Assembly (NCBI GenBank): GCA_002633005.1
Contig: NMRA01000461.1
Coordinates: forward strand, 124,001 to 188,000
DNA: 64,000 nt
DNA from: Phoronis australis
Taxonomy: Eukaryota > Animalia > Phoronida
Direction of reading: 5' to 3'
The position numbers and the translations under genes are program-made. Of this stretch, positions 28,680 through 41,691 are shown piece by piece (position 1 is the stretch's first letter; each line of letters opens with the position of its first letter). The notes beneath the pieces were generated by a model. The model was not told the origin of the DNA, did not search any database, and saw only the letters and a program-made list of their open reading frames with translations.

Positions 28680-30574
28680 TTAAGAAAATCCTTGGAACTC
28701 AAAGTCTTCCTCATTTCCTGGCGGAGGGTAGAAAGCTCTGATGCAGGCTCCTGCGCATGCTGGAATGACAACAAGGGCAGTTTGTCTTGAGTGACCGTAT
28801 ACCCATCTTTGGAACTGTCTGCAGGCCACGTGTCAAATCCCTTTATCCAAGGGTCTGTCATGGCCATCAAGATATTGGCTTTTGTACTGCAACCATGCAG
28901 TCTCCAAAACACCACGATTGATGTATACAGGTTTAAACCCCCATGCTCCACAATACATTTTTTCTGTGTTAGTTTTCACGCTTTATTTCTTCATCAAGTT
29001 TTGCAACAACCTTGTCAACCTCTTGGCAACATACTCTTTCTTCAACAACTGAGGTTGTCTGACAGTGGCCCCAGGTGCACCTGCAAGATGTGTCAACAGT
29101 AATACATTATTTCAGTAAACATCAAAATTTCGAATTGAAAAATTTACCAAGAGTGCCTTTACCAAATTGAGGGGTCTGCATACGTCTTCAGTTTTCAGGA
29201 AAATTGATTGGAACATCACAACCTATTTATTTTTTGTACAAATTGATCATATATAGTAAAGATATTTACTTTTCATACAAATGAATAGTGCTACTCCCAA
29301 GGCAGTTGTATATCATCCCCGGGGTATATAGTAATGGACATTAGTTGTTTGATTTTTTAGCTGACCCTAAGACAATTCATTGATGGAGGGGACTGTTTTG
29401 TATGTAGTCGTGAGACCTGTTCTCCCAATCTGAATCCTATCGGCACCCACATACAATTAATCAAACTAGACAATTGTAATGGGGCAAATCAACTTGAAAA
29501 GCAGTGTTGCCACTCAAAGGGTCGCCCATATTTTAAATATTACAGAATACATTAAAATTTCTTGATATGCTATATGGGCAATCACCAATCCAATGGTATG
29601 CTCTCTTTACTCTATAGAAACTTTACCAGGCGGTTCATACCCAGGTCGACCCCTAACCAAGCCATGCACCATACTTCATTTATAAATAATGGCAACATCG
29701 GGTCAATGTACATCGACATGAAATGGTTGTTCCCATTTCAAGCATCGACTTACAAAATAAAACTGTTTTGGAACACATGTGTAGATTGATATAGGTCCGA
29801 GTTGAGTACGAAAATGAAATGACTTGTTATATAGCCCATAGAATTATGCCGTCCCCCAGCACCAAGGTGAGAAAGTCTAAATTATAAAATTGCAATTCTT
29901 TCACCCTCTTCTTTACAATTCACAGTCGATTATTCCAAAGTGGTTCTCATTCATTCCCTTGCAAACATTTTTTCACTCACTAGTAACACCCAGCTCAGTC
30001 TCGGTGAAGTAAGAGACAATTTTGTTCAATGCTCAATTGCATGCCAATGAAAGCCACACTGTCTACACATAATCAGAGACCTAACACTTTTTGAGTGATT
30101 TGCCAAAATGCAAAACAATCCCAGTTTTATCACTGAAACTGGAATTTATCCACGGTTGAAACAAGCTGTTTCACCAATGGCAATGGGAATATGGGTGCCT
30201 GAGACTGACTGGTAAAGCACCTACATTTGAATTAAAAAATACTAAGTTATAATTCGCGGTTGTAGGATACATATTGATAATATTCTTACCAATCAGTAAC
30301 ATCTAATCGCAACTCCTGCGCACCTTCAGCCTGTTGACGTTCACAGGACGAACCCGCTGGGAGTGAGTCTTCGGCGACTAGAGAAAGGGCCGTGAAAGGG
30401 ATCGACGGAGAACGGCTCCACTACAGAAAAGCTGTGAACACATATTGTTCCTCTGGGATCTGTCACCTCCAACTCCAAGTCCGAAAGGTCGGAATCATTT
30501 GAAAAGTCTACCTGTCCTTCCCTGTATCGTTCAAAGTATTCCTCATCTACGCTGCTGTACTCACTTGGACACAA
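28680..30574 (-). pseudogene. P2X7 intracellular-domain-like (KolX) accessory gene, two exons (30574-30290, 29080-28680), frameshifted
   Basis: Spliced reading DW|CTWGHC...EERVCCQEV...CIVEHGGF...VLETAWLQY...HVACRQFQRWVYG...VVIPACAGACIRAFYP matches the P2X7-like Cys-rich domain; acidic N-terminus with EPFSVDP motif. Confidence 0.82.
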
Positions 30575-30755
30575 ATTGTTCCCTTTGTGCTCCCCAACAC
30601 CACGTCACAGATGTGTAACAAACGAAAATGGCGCCGTTTCTTTTCTCCGTTAAAACGATGACGTTACAACACCACGGCAATAAATATGTAAATAAATATG
30701 TATAGCAGCGTACAATTCAGACACCATTATTATGTCAGAGAGTTTATTGACTTAC

Positions 30756-30932
30756 TAGCACACTCAAGTGGTATTCCCGTCCAGTTACCATCAGCGTCGC
30801 AGGTACGTGTTAGATTACCGCCTGACTGCTCATATCCGGTGTAGCAGGAGTATTGGGCTATCCCTTCATATAGTTCAGAACTAGCTTCAACTGTGGTATT
30901 GAGATTGTTGTCTGGCTTGCTGCAGTTTTTTC
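30756..30932 (-). CDS. CCP/sushi exon S8 (duplicate of S5)
   Basis: 177 nt; same protein as S5 with 4 synonymous differences; intact splice sites. Confidence 0.92.
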
Positions 30933-31975
30933 CTATAATTTCCCAAGGCTAGCGTGTAGTTTATTTGACTAAATGAGGCAGAATGACACGCTGGTAATAA
31001 AATTAATTCTAAATGACAAGAAATTCACAGTCACTGACTAATTTCACTGGTTTGGAGAACAGCAAATTACTGAACCCACAATACTCGATGGACGGAAAGA
31101 TTTTCACCTTTCCGGAATTAACTAAAAATATAACCACCGTAGAGTAAAACATAAAGCATAGTTGGGAAAATAACTCGAAGGTCCCAAGACTTGAAGGTAG
31201 CATATTTGAAAATACCCTCAATATGTTACTTAATTGATATTAAACATCGGGTTCATTATATAATATAATATAATGAATCAATATTAATTCTGAATACTTT
31301 CATTGAAATATACATGCATAGAAAAAATCAATTTCATTTACTAAACTGATACAATACACCTTTTCTTCGCTAATTTGCAGAACGCAATGATTGTTTTAAT
31401 CTCCTTCATTCAAAAACTTAAAATTCCTTTAATCAACCGTAGCGGACCTTGGTTTCAAAGAAGGCCTATACTTTATGTTCTTTTTTTAATCGGTCAAAAA
31501 ACTTCATTAGGAACATACATATATGTCATTCCATGGTAGCACGAAAAGTTCAACTCTAGGATCACCGATATTGAAAAGAAGTATCAAGTCTTCATACGCC
31601 CTGGTGAGATATGTTCAAAGTATGTATTGGATAAAATTCGGGGCTAATTAATTAGTGTGGCATAGGTTCACGTGTTTTCAAAATAGACCATTTTTACTCG
31701 AAAGGGCTCGATTAGTGAAATTGTTTTGAAACTGCTTAAAAGAACGGGGATAAAAAAATCTTAACAGTGTCTATGTAGACATTGAACCTCTACAATTGAA
31801 CACAGTCTTCGGTCTCGAGCAAGGTAACAAGTGATGCACCCACTAATATCGGTGCAAAACTTCATACAGTACACGAATGCTCTAAAGCTCATCTTTATAT
31901 TCAGTACACGCCGATGATAGTTAAATCAACAATAGGTAGTCCTCAGTCGTTGCTCAAAAATCAAACTTTTAACTA

Positions 31976-32118
31976 CATGGCCGGCGCATGATATGAGTTT
32001 GGGGGAGGGCTATAGAGCTCACTTTTTGAGTGCTGCACCGCTCGTGGCCTATGTCAGGAAGCGGTGCACTACAGGGGGGCTATAGCCCCTCACTTTTTTC
32101 AGTGCTGTGCCCCCCATG
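31976..32118. mobile_element. MITE with 5-bp TSD AACTA
   Basis: Imperfect TIR CATGGCCGGCGCA / TGTGCCCCCCATG; AACTA on both sides. Confidence 0.7.
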
Positions 32119-35052
32119 AACTACCGTATTTTCTTGAACTAAGAAATCCCCGACAAGCATGTTTACATAATTAGGGAAAACTAGATTGAGATTTGGCCAA
32201 TGAAGAAAGTCTTCTCTTGTCAATCAGATCCGATGGTGCAGAGCCTTGCAGGCGTCATACGAGCAAACAATCGATGGACAGGAATTCCAAGGTTACAAGG
32301 TCACTATTCAGAAGGTTCCTCACTCCGAAAGTCCGCTACTCCGAAATTACTGCGAAGCTTTGCTACCTCCGATAGTTCACTATCTCGAATGTCCACATTT
32401 CCGAAACCAGAACTCCGACAGTTCATTGCTCTGATTGCCCGACTGTCTGCTAACGAGTCGGAACAGACAGACAAGTGTTGCATTTGTGCCCACATAGTAG
32501 GTACTTAAAGGGTGTATAAAAGTCGAATAGTTACACTGTTTACACATGAGCTAAGTTGCAATCACTGACAATCGTGAATCTTAAACCTAACGAACGACAC
32601 ATTCAGTCTCAAGCAGGGACAACATAGGGTCAGGATCTCCGCAACCAATAGCTGCGCTTTTAAATCCAAGAAGAAAGAATGGAACTCTTCGATATCGTGA
32701 AGACTTATAGGGACAGGGTAGCCTAACAGCTACATCTAGTTTCGACCTGGCCATACGCGTGGTTCCGATGGGTGAGTTTGAGAGGCAGCAGCCCTAAACT
32801 AGCAACCTTGCATGAATTTGATGAATGCATTGTGGTTGACAATTCATCAGTATTCCTAGGCCTACATCATAATCTTTTAAAAATTCAAGTACGCACTAAT
32901 TTCCGTATTCTAATGACATGCGGGAAATTACACATGCGCATGAAACCTGGCGTTGTTTGCGCATATAGGTACACCAAATTGTGCATCTAATAACCAAAAT
33001 GTCGTTTACTTTAGCAGGTAAAAAAGGATATCTGATACACCCATGTCCGAAAGTCTAGATCTTTTCTGAGTAGTCAACCTTTAGAATAGTGAAACTTCAG
33101 AACAGTGCACCTTTGTAATGTTGGACTGTTAGCATCCCCAGCGATGTAAACGAGTCATTAAGTAACACGCAAAATACAACCTTATCAAAATATTCAACTC
33201 CATCATGCTCCGATTAATTATTTGAGGCCGAGTATGTAATGAGGTGTAGTCACTCATTTAAGTACGCCCTGTTTGAAAGTTTCACAGGGAGTAATGTGGA
33301 AGCATTGTTCTCTTTCTGGACTTTGCATCCAAATTGGGGTCCCGTTCCTTGTGAGCAACAGTCAGGACATCATCATTTCTGGTATTACGAATTCTGTGTG
33401 GCATTCGTTGAGAACACAGAGCTGATAGTCGTCGTTGTGTACATAGATTTTCCTCCCCTCCAGTTCAGCTGCGTCAAGGGCCTTACCGGAAACTCTACAG
33501 TGTCGATGTTTGTAAAACATCGAAGGTCCAGCGTACAAGAAAATCGAACCACCCCCGCGGGCCGGTCATGACATGTACACAGGATTTTGTCTGACTACTT
33601 TTGGGATGTGTTGTATTTTACATATCTCTGAAACTCGTGCACATGAAATGCACTATTGCCGCAATCCCGTTTACTAAATAATCTCTTGTCGAAGTCTGAA
33701 TATTTGATCTTCCTCAGTAATACGTTGACTTTTCAAGGCAAAGGACTGTACACGTTTCCCAGAGTGATCGGGAGCTACTGGACACAAAGACAACTTCCAA
33801 TTGGCTGAAATGACAGCCAATCTTCTAAGGAGAATTCCTTGCTCATCTTTATGACCTGAGCAGTTCGTGTTGGGCCAGCCTTGTTGCTTGCTGATTCAAC
33901 TTGGCAGAAAATGGAGGTGAGGTATTTGTTGTGGCTACCCGAAAATTATGTTGGTGACCTACATAGCATTTTACTTCATCCCGAATAGAATCATACATTT
34001 TATTCTTAGAATTCTTCAACACTTCCGGTGACATACCAAACTGAAACTCTGGATTATAGCCCTCTTTTATCGAGGGTGGGCATATATTTTGCATTTGATT
34101 CAAAGCTGAGCTCGATGAATTGGCCAAACAGTCATTTCTGGGGTCTAACTGAGCACGTGCTTCCAGAAAAATTAAACTCAGCCAATCAAAACCACTGATA
34201 ATGCAATGGAACGATGCAGCAGTTAAAAAAACCCAGTCTTGATATAGCGTCCTAATGACAGTGTGCTGGATGTAATTGCAGCTGTTCAATATCGTTCCCT
34301 ATCAATTGGACCTTGCTTTATACCGACATTAGAAATTTGTCCAAACCGAAAGAAGCTTTTTCTCACTTCGGTGAAAAGTTATATGTATAATATTTCCTAC
34401 TACGCATCCAAGAGGCACGGTAATTGTTCATATACATTTTCCAAGTTACCCCAGTATGGTGTTGGTAAAGGTGGAAGCAAATCAATGGACCCCGGAGTTT
34501 GTTTAAGTCTGAGAAAGAATTTATTGAACCAAATGTACAGGTGTACTTGTACATGTGGCATTTAAGCAAAACAACGGAGCACTCCTCAGATAAAAAATCA
34601 CCTAATGAAAATGTGATGTACATAGACATATTGATTGGGTCTTCTTTTAAATCAGGGTGAAAATATTGACATCGATGAAAAGATTAACAAACCGTGAAAG
34701 TGACACTCCTCAGGGAGATGTATATCCTCACTCAAGACCCAATTTCGGTTCGTTCACTCGGAAAAATCGCAGTTGTTTCCGTGTAATCGTTTCTGCTCTT
34801 TGACAGATGTGGAGTTCTGAGTTAGGAATATGACCGCCTAAGCTTTACACAGGTTTAGCAAAATGTTGCATTTAACTTCCTTGATCCGATAAAGGTGGAG
34901 TGGTGTACCAGGTTTGTTGGCACTACTCGTTCTAGGCTTGGTTAGAGGCTGTCGCTAACAAATTAGAACTCATAAAACGCGCTGTCAACGTTGAGGTAAG
35001 GCAAGCAATAGCGATAAGACACTCAACAGTATGTCTTAGATTAGTGACTTAC

Positions 35053-35229
35053 TAGAACATTCAAGTGGTATTCCCGTCCAGTTGCCATCGGCGTCGCAGG
35101 TACGTGTTAGGTTACCACGTGACTGCTCATATCCGGTGACGCAAGAGTATCGGGCTTTTCCTTCGTAAAGTTCCGAGCTAGCTTCAACAGTGGTATTGAT
35201 GCTGTGGAGTGGCTTTCCGCAGTTTTTCC
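35053..35229 (-). CDS. CCP/sushi exon S7 (RKNCGKPLHSIN...CDADGNWTGIPLECS)
   Basis: Sushi pattern; 177 nt; tatag / gtaagt. Confidence 0.93.
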
Positions 35230-35729
35230 CTATAAATTTCCAGTGCTAGCATATAGCTTTTTCAATTAGAGAAATCATGCACAACGGCCAACATTAAGAC
35301 AGGCTAAATCAGGCAGAACGGTCACTATGAGCATCGCAGTTATTTTGCTGTAATGTCTTTCACACACGCAGAATACTGAGGTTGGAACAGGGCCATCTAA
35401 GCTTTCTTAAGGCTTAGCAGTAATGTTGTATTTAACTTCCGTGATATGATATGCGTGGCGTCGTCTACCAGTTTTGCGTTCAGTAACGCTAAGACCTACG
35501 CTAGGACAAGGTCACTTGTTCTCATTAAAAATACACGGTAATATCTCACGTAATGTCGCGAAGTCTTGCTTTTTAGCGCGGTCCTATAGCTTTACTAAAC
35601 CGGATGCAGGTGTGTCGGAACTACGGGTTACAGACTTGGGAAGAGACTGTCCTCGACAAACTACAAAACATTGGCTGTGTGATAAAAGTTCATTTAAAAC
35701 TTGCAACAGGAATGGGATCATTGACTTAC

Positions 35730-35906
35730 TAGAACATTCAAGTGGTCCACCTGTCCAGTTACCATCAGCGTCGCAGGTACGTGTTATGTTACCGCCTGAC
35801 TGTTCATATCCCGTGTCGCAAGAATATGAAGCTGTTCCTTCGTACAGTTCCGAGGTAGCCTCAACAGTGGTATTGCTGTTGTTGTCTGGCTTTCCGCAAT
35901 TTTTTC
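35730..35906 (-). CDS. CCP/sushi exon S6 (RKNCGKPDNNSN...CDADGNWTGGPLECS)
   Basis: Sushi pattern; 177 nt; tgtag / gtaagt. Confidence 0.93.
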
Positions 35907-38466
35907 CTACAATTTCGCAATGCTAGCCTGCACTTTATTTAGGAAAATCTGGCAGAACGACGAAAATTAAGAAGCACAACTATCGGATTTTATTTAAGTG
36001 ACAAGGGAATCGAAATTTATGCTGTCACAGTATTTTCACATGGTTTGCAGTAAGGCAAAATTCTAAACGAGAATTACCGAGCAATTTTTACTTTTCCGAA
36101 AGTAACCAAAAAGTGTGACCACCATTAACTAAATTATCGACACTATTTGGGAAAATAACTCAATATACCAAAACTTTCATGTAGCATATTTATATACGAT
36201 TTAATTGATTTTGAGCTCCGGGTTCACAATGTAATACTGCAATAAAAGTTCAGAATACCTAAACTGAAATTGAAAACAGTATGAATGAAATTGATTTCGT
36301 TCACTGAACAGATTCCCTACATTTTCTTGCCAAATTTGCAGACCTTTGTTGTGTTTTTCATGGCTCCTTGATTCAAATCTTAAAAACTTCTTCTTCTTGC
36401 TAATTGCTTAGTTTCCTTGTTTATCAAGCCAAGGACTTCATTATCAACTCAACTGTCAGTCCACAAGAGCACCAACAGTTTGACTTTGTGTCACCTGTCT
36501 TGAAAAAAAATGTGTATGTCTTTATGCATTGTAATGGGATATGTTCAAAAAATTTCGAACCATTCTTTGTAATTAATATTTTGGCCCGAAATAGCCCATT
36601 TCTGGTTCAAAAATGTTGAGTTAGTAGAATTATTTTAAAACGGTTTAAAAGAAAGGGAATGAAACACCTTTACTATGTTTATGTAGAAATCGAACCCTTC
36701 TGTCTGAACTCTGTTTGGGACTTCAAAAAGTGTCTCCATTAACCTTCATTGAAGTGTTAAATTTCTGTAAATTCGGCGCCAGTTTTCCGGAGGCTGGTGG
36801 AATCTAATATTAAAAAACAAAAATTACAAATTAAAACTTTTTGTTTGTTTTCAAGCAACATCCGATAGAAATGACACAACATCGGGTAATTTAAAGTGCC
36901 AGGCAACATACAGTTGTATTTTTAAAGCTCATCAATAGGCTTCATTAAATTAATTTTGGAAATATGATTTATGGTGATCAATTAATTTTTAGGTAATTCC
37001 CAATACTGCTCACCTCCTGGTGACAGTGTCCTTAAATATAATTCTTTCATGAAGTTTACCGAAATTTGGCCCGAAATTGGGCCACTTTGGTTAATGTCTA
37101 GGGGTCGCTTACGTTTTGCACTTGCCCTCATCCTCGTTTTCGATTTCTAACTTCAAATATGCATGTTGTCGAATAACACAGAAATGGGTCACCTCACAAG
37201 TGTCAGTCTTAGTATTTTGGAAATCATTCATGTGTCTAGTCTGTTCATCTACGTCATATGTTAATTGATGATAAGCCCTGGTAATATGAGTTCTATTATT
37301 TTAACGGATTCCATGTAAAACTGAAATTTTTACTTGTGACACTCCCAGGGGATCAAATTGCATCTCTGAATTACAGTGGATGCACAGGGTTCAAATTGTC
37401 ACTTCAGCTAAGCCATGCATCTAGGAAAGAGATCTCAGTACATGATAATATGTAAGACAAACTGATCTTTCATGTAACAATTTTGTAACAATATCAATAA
37501 GTAACTTACATGTAGAATTCCAGCAACACAGGCTGAACCGAAACTAAGTTAAGTATGAAGTGGACGTTCATAATTGTTACCATGGCGACTGAGAAGCACA
37601 AAACCATTGGCTTCAAACTAGAATTTGATGCTATGGAGCAGAAGGATTTGAATAAGCTTCTTATATAACAATCCAAGTGAAGCTTATTTCTTTAAATCAA
37701 GTAAGGTATTTCTTGTTTTTCAATTCCGAAGTCTTGTGGCACATAAACATATCTTCAAGAAAAATTGATTTTTATCAAAACGATTAAAACTATTTCAACT
37801 ATTTGAAGGAGTGCGTGATTGAATTTGTATTTCCCATTGATACATGAATAAAATATCCATATTATGACAAAAAAAACTTTGCAGCTTCAGAAGTTGTGCG
37901 GTCAGATCCTTTCTGGGAGAAAAAATCACACCATCTGTAACACATATCCGTGCTCGTTCTTCTAAGAACGCAGGAACACCTGACGATGGTCGGATATTAG
38001 ACCGTCCGAAACGTCGTGACCATGCAAATAGAAAAAGCGTCGGTGCAAATAGACCATGAGATTTTTTAAAAAATAGTTAATATACGATGATTTACTTTAC
38101 AATGTTACAATTTTATCGACTCACACTTACGGATTTAATACTGAAATGAAATTATGATACAGCTTTGAATAAAACTCTATTTTAAATTTTATCGAGTTGT
38201 TTATACCCATTTAGAAAAAAAAACTTTTGTTTTACATTTGTGGAGCAGCAAATTTGGAATATCGCCACCCACTGTATGCTTTCCAAAGGCTTAACAGCAA
38301 TTTTGCGTAGATGTCATATTGGTGGCGTATGCTAACCACTTTTGTCGAAACTACTCGTGAGGAGTATGTCAGCAATAAAATACAACGTTGGCTGTATGAT
38401 CAATGTTTATCTCAGAGTAGAAACAGCAATGGGACACCATTTATTTCATAGAGTTTATTGACTTAC

Positions 38467-38643
38467 TAGCACATTCAAGTGGAATTCCCGTCCAGTTACC
38501 ATCAGCGTCGCAGGTACGTGTTAGATTACCGCCTGACTGCTCATATCCGGTGTAGCAGGAGTATTGGGCTATCCCTTCATATAGTTCCGAACTAGCTTCA
38601 ACTGTGGTATTGAGGTTGTTGTCTGGCTTGCTGCAGTTTTTTC
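38467..38643 (-). CDS. CCP/sushi exon S5 (RKNCSKPDNNLN...CDADGNWTGIPLECA)
   Basis: Sushi pattern; 177 nt; tatag / gtaagt. Confidence 0.93.
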
Positions 38644-39718
38644 CTATAATTTCCCAATGCTAGCGTGTAGTTTATTTGACTAAATGAGGCAGAATGACCA
38701 AAATTCAGACACACTGGGAATAAAATTAATTCTAAATGACAAGAAATTTACAGTCACTGACTAATTTCACAGGTTTGGAGAACAGCAAATTACTGAACCC
38801 GCAGTAGTCGATGTACGGAACAATTTTCAACTTTCCGGAATTAACTAAAAACATAACCACCGTAGAGTAAAACATCAAGCATAGTTGGGAAAATAACTCG
38901 AAGGTCCCAAGACTTTCAGGTAGCATATTTGAAAATATCCTCATTATGTTACTTAATTGATATTAAACATCGGGTTCAATATATAATATAATATAATATA
39001 ATGAATCAATATTAATTCAGAATACTTTCATTGAAATGTACATGCATAGAAAAATCAATTTCATTCACTAAACTGATACAATACACCTTTTCTTTGCTAA
39101 TTTGCAGAACACAATGATTGTTTTAATCTCCTTCATTCAAAAACGTAAAATTCCTTTAATCAACCGTAGCGGACTTTGGTTTCAAAGAAGGCCTATACTA
39201 TTTTCTTTGTGTAATCGGGCAAAAAACTTCATTAGGAACTTACATATAAATGTCATTCCGTGAGAGCACGAAAAGTTCAACTCTAGCATCAAAGATTTTG
39301 AAAAAAGTAACAAGCCTTCATACGTCCTGGTGAGATATGTTCAAAGTACGTATTGGATAAAATTCGGGGCTAATTATTTAGTGTGTTATAGCTTCATGTG
39401 TTTTCAAAGTAGCCCATTTTTACTCAACAGGCTCGATTAGTGAAATTGTTCTGAAACTGCTTAAAAGAACGGGAATAAAAAACCTTAGCAATGTCTGTGT
39501 AGACATTGAACCTCTACAATTGAAAAGACAGTCTTCGGTCTCGAGCAAGGTATCAAGTGATGCACCCACTAATATCGGTGCAAAGCTTCATACAGTACAC
39601 GAAGGCTCTAAACCATATCTTTTGAGGCATTCAGCAAATCAGAAAGCAGCTTTTCAAGATTGTGGACAAGGTAAAATGCCTTTGTGATTGGTACTGTGGG
39701 AACACAGGGAGTTGTAAG

Positions 39719-40513
39719 GGATTGTTCTAATTCCCTCCCGACCCGACATCCCACGATCCCGTGACCCACAACCCGCTCTACCCACGAGCAACAACCAACT
39801 TGACCCACAAGCTGCTGCAATAAAGGTGCAGTATCTTTGTTCTTTTTACATTATTCACACCCTTAATCCGTCGCTGACTGACTTTCCTAGAAGAATTAAC
39901 TACACGAATAGCTCTGGCGCAAGACTGGAGTTTCAAATACCTTAAGTGACGTAAGAACAGAGAATGGAATGGCGTATTATCATTGTCACGAACATAGTTC
40001 CACGAGCGATTACCAATTACCCTGTTCCAATCAACTTGAGGAGAGTGTACGTTAACGTGTATACATATAGTTTCACATTTATACTATTTCTTTCTGACCT
40101 ATACTCGTTTACACTACACGCCACGTAACTTTGGTTTTCTAATAAACTGTATTTACTGAAAAAATAGTTTCGTGACTTTGTCACACTCTCCCAAAATAGT
40201 TCGAATCTGCCATTGAGTGAGTAGCAGAGGAGAAAATTACAATCTGCCGGTGAAAAGACTATTTGTAACGTTTGTAGGTCTTGTTGCTGGCGTTGATTTT
40301 TTCCGTTTTTGGCTGTTAAACCATCTGAATCGACTCTTAAATGCAAAAACAGGAAAAAACATCCCAGTTCTTGGCCAGACTTGTCCTGGAGGTCAGCGCT
40401 CGTTCTATGCTCAGATCGAGTCAAGCTTATTTCCTGCCGTGGATTGAGTTGTAGTGAGTCAGTGGGGTCATGGGTCGACGGGTGTGGGGGTCGAGGGATT
40501 TTTAGAACAATCC
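39719..40513. mobile_element. Non-autonomous MULE-like element
   Basis: TIR GGATTGTTCTAA with longer imperfect extensions; 9-bp TSD AGTTGTAAG / TGCTGTAAG; the paralogous intron near 42655 shows the empty site. Confidence 0.75.
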
Positions 40514-41514
40514 TGCTGTAAGCAGATCTATTCAAGTCGGTATGTAAACTCCTTTAGAAAAAAGTTGTTAATACCGACGTCCGAAGACGAACAACCGTGT
40601 ATGTTCAACCAGAATCATGAAACTCGACATATGTAGAAATCAAAACCGCTGATACCGCCAACATACAGCGTTTTAACGATTTAGTGCAGGGTGTATATGT
40701 AATTTATTCGTAACACTCATTGCAACTTTGCAATACCATCCCCTGTCTATTCGACAATTCATGACACCAACTTTAGAAAATGGGTCGACCGAAATATGCT
40801 TTTTCTGCTCTAACTTTGGTGAAAAGTTGCATCAGTTTTGTTTCCTACTACTTATTCCAGAGGCATCATCAAAAGAATTTTTTTTAAATATATGTCTACA
40901 TTTTCCCAGGCGATCAACTGCGTTTTTGGTGAAAGGAATTCAGTGGACCTGGGACGTTGTTTTAGAATAAAAGACAACTGACGGAACCAATTGTTTTGGT
41001 CCACGTGACTTTCTAAACAAAACATTGGAGCCTATCTCAGGTAAATATCACCTGACGAAAATGTGATGTGCATACAAGTAAAACTGTGGAGTCTACGTTT
41101 AAAACGTCGCATAAATATTGGCGTCGATGCATAGGTGCACAGAACCGTGAAGGCTATACAATCCTCCGGGACACGCAAGCCCTCACTTAAGACTGGTAAT
41201 CAGTTATGTCACTAGGAACATCCAATTTACTTTCGAGTAATGGTTGCTGCTCTTTCTTCGATGTGGAGTGCTAAGTTTGCAATATGGCAGCCAACTAATT
41301 TCCAAATATTTAGCAGTAATGTTATTTAATGATCTGATATGGGTGGCGTATGCTAACTAGCTTCGTCGGAACTATGTACTCGTCACAGACTCGGCAAGAG
41401 GCTGTCGTCAACAAAAAAACATGTACAACATATTGGCTCAGTCATCAGTGTTTGTCTCCGACTAGCGATTGTAATAGGACACGGAATATTGTGTCTTAGA
41501 GATTATTGACTTAC

Positions 41515-41691
41515 TAACACAGTCAAGTGGTACTCCTGTCCATTTACCATCAGCGTCGCAGGAACGTGTTAGGTTCCCGCCTGACCGCTCATATCCCATG
41601 TCGCAAGAGTATTGGGCAGTTCCTTCGTAAAGCTCCGACGTAGCTTCAACACTGGTATTGAGGTTGTTGATTGGCTTTCCGCAATTTTTTC
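41515..41691 (-). CDS. CCP/sushi exon S4 (RKNCGKPINNLN...CDADGKWTGVPLDCV)
   Basis: Sushi pattern; 177 nt; tccag / gtaagt. Confidence 0.93.

Larger units (their letters stand above)
25599..30720. mobile_element. Degenerate Kolobok-type DNA transposon (THAP gene on +, P2X7-like KolX gene on -)
   Basis: TTAA|AGG candidate left end; internal inverted repeat 26270-26295 / 30586-30610; two convergent gene relics; right end not found. Confidence 0.75.
19823..31890. repeat. Tandem segmental duplication, copy A (S10, S9, S8 plus introns)
   Basis: Colinear with 32251-39620 at roughly 90% identity by eye. Carries a private ~5.4 kb segment (25270-30720) and lacks ~270 bp present in copy B (33815-34085). 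Confidence 0.9.
32251..39620. repeat. Tandem segmental duplication, copy B (S7, S6, S5 plus introns)
   Basis: Direct alignment to copy A; paired spurious ORFs such as 20342/32772, 22803/35474 and 31009/38732. Confidence 0.9.

Noticed and set aside
22803-35926. Plus-strand ORFs over the sushi exons (22803, 23114, 35474; likewise 13853)
   Set aside because: Antisense shadows of the minus-strand CCP exons.
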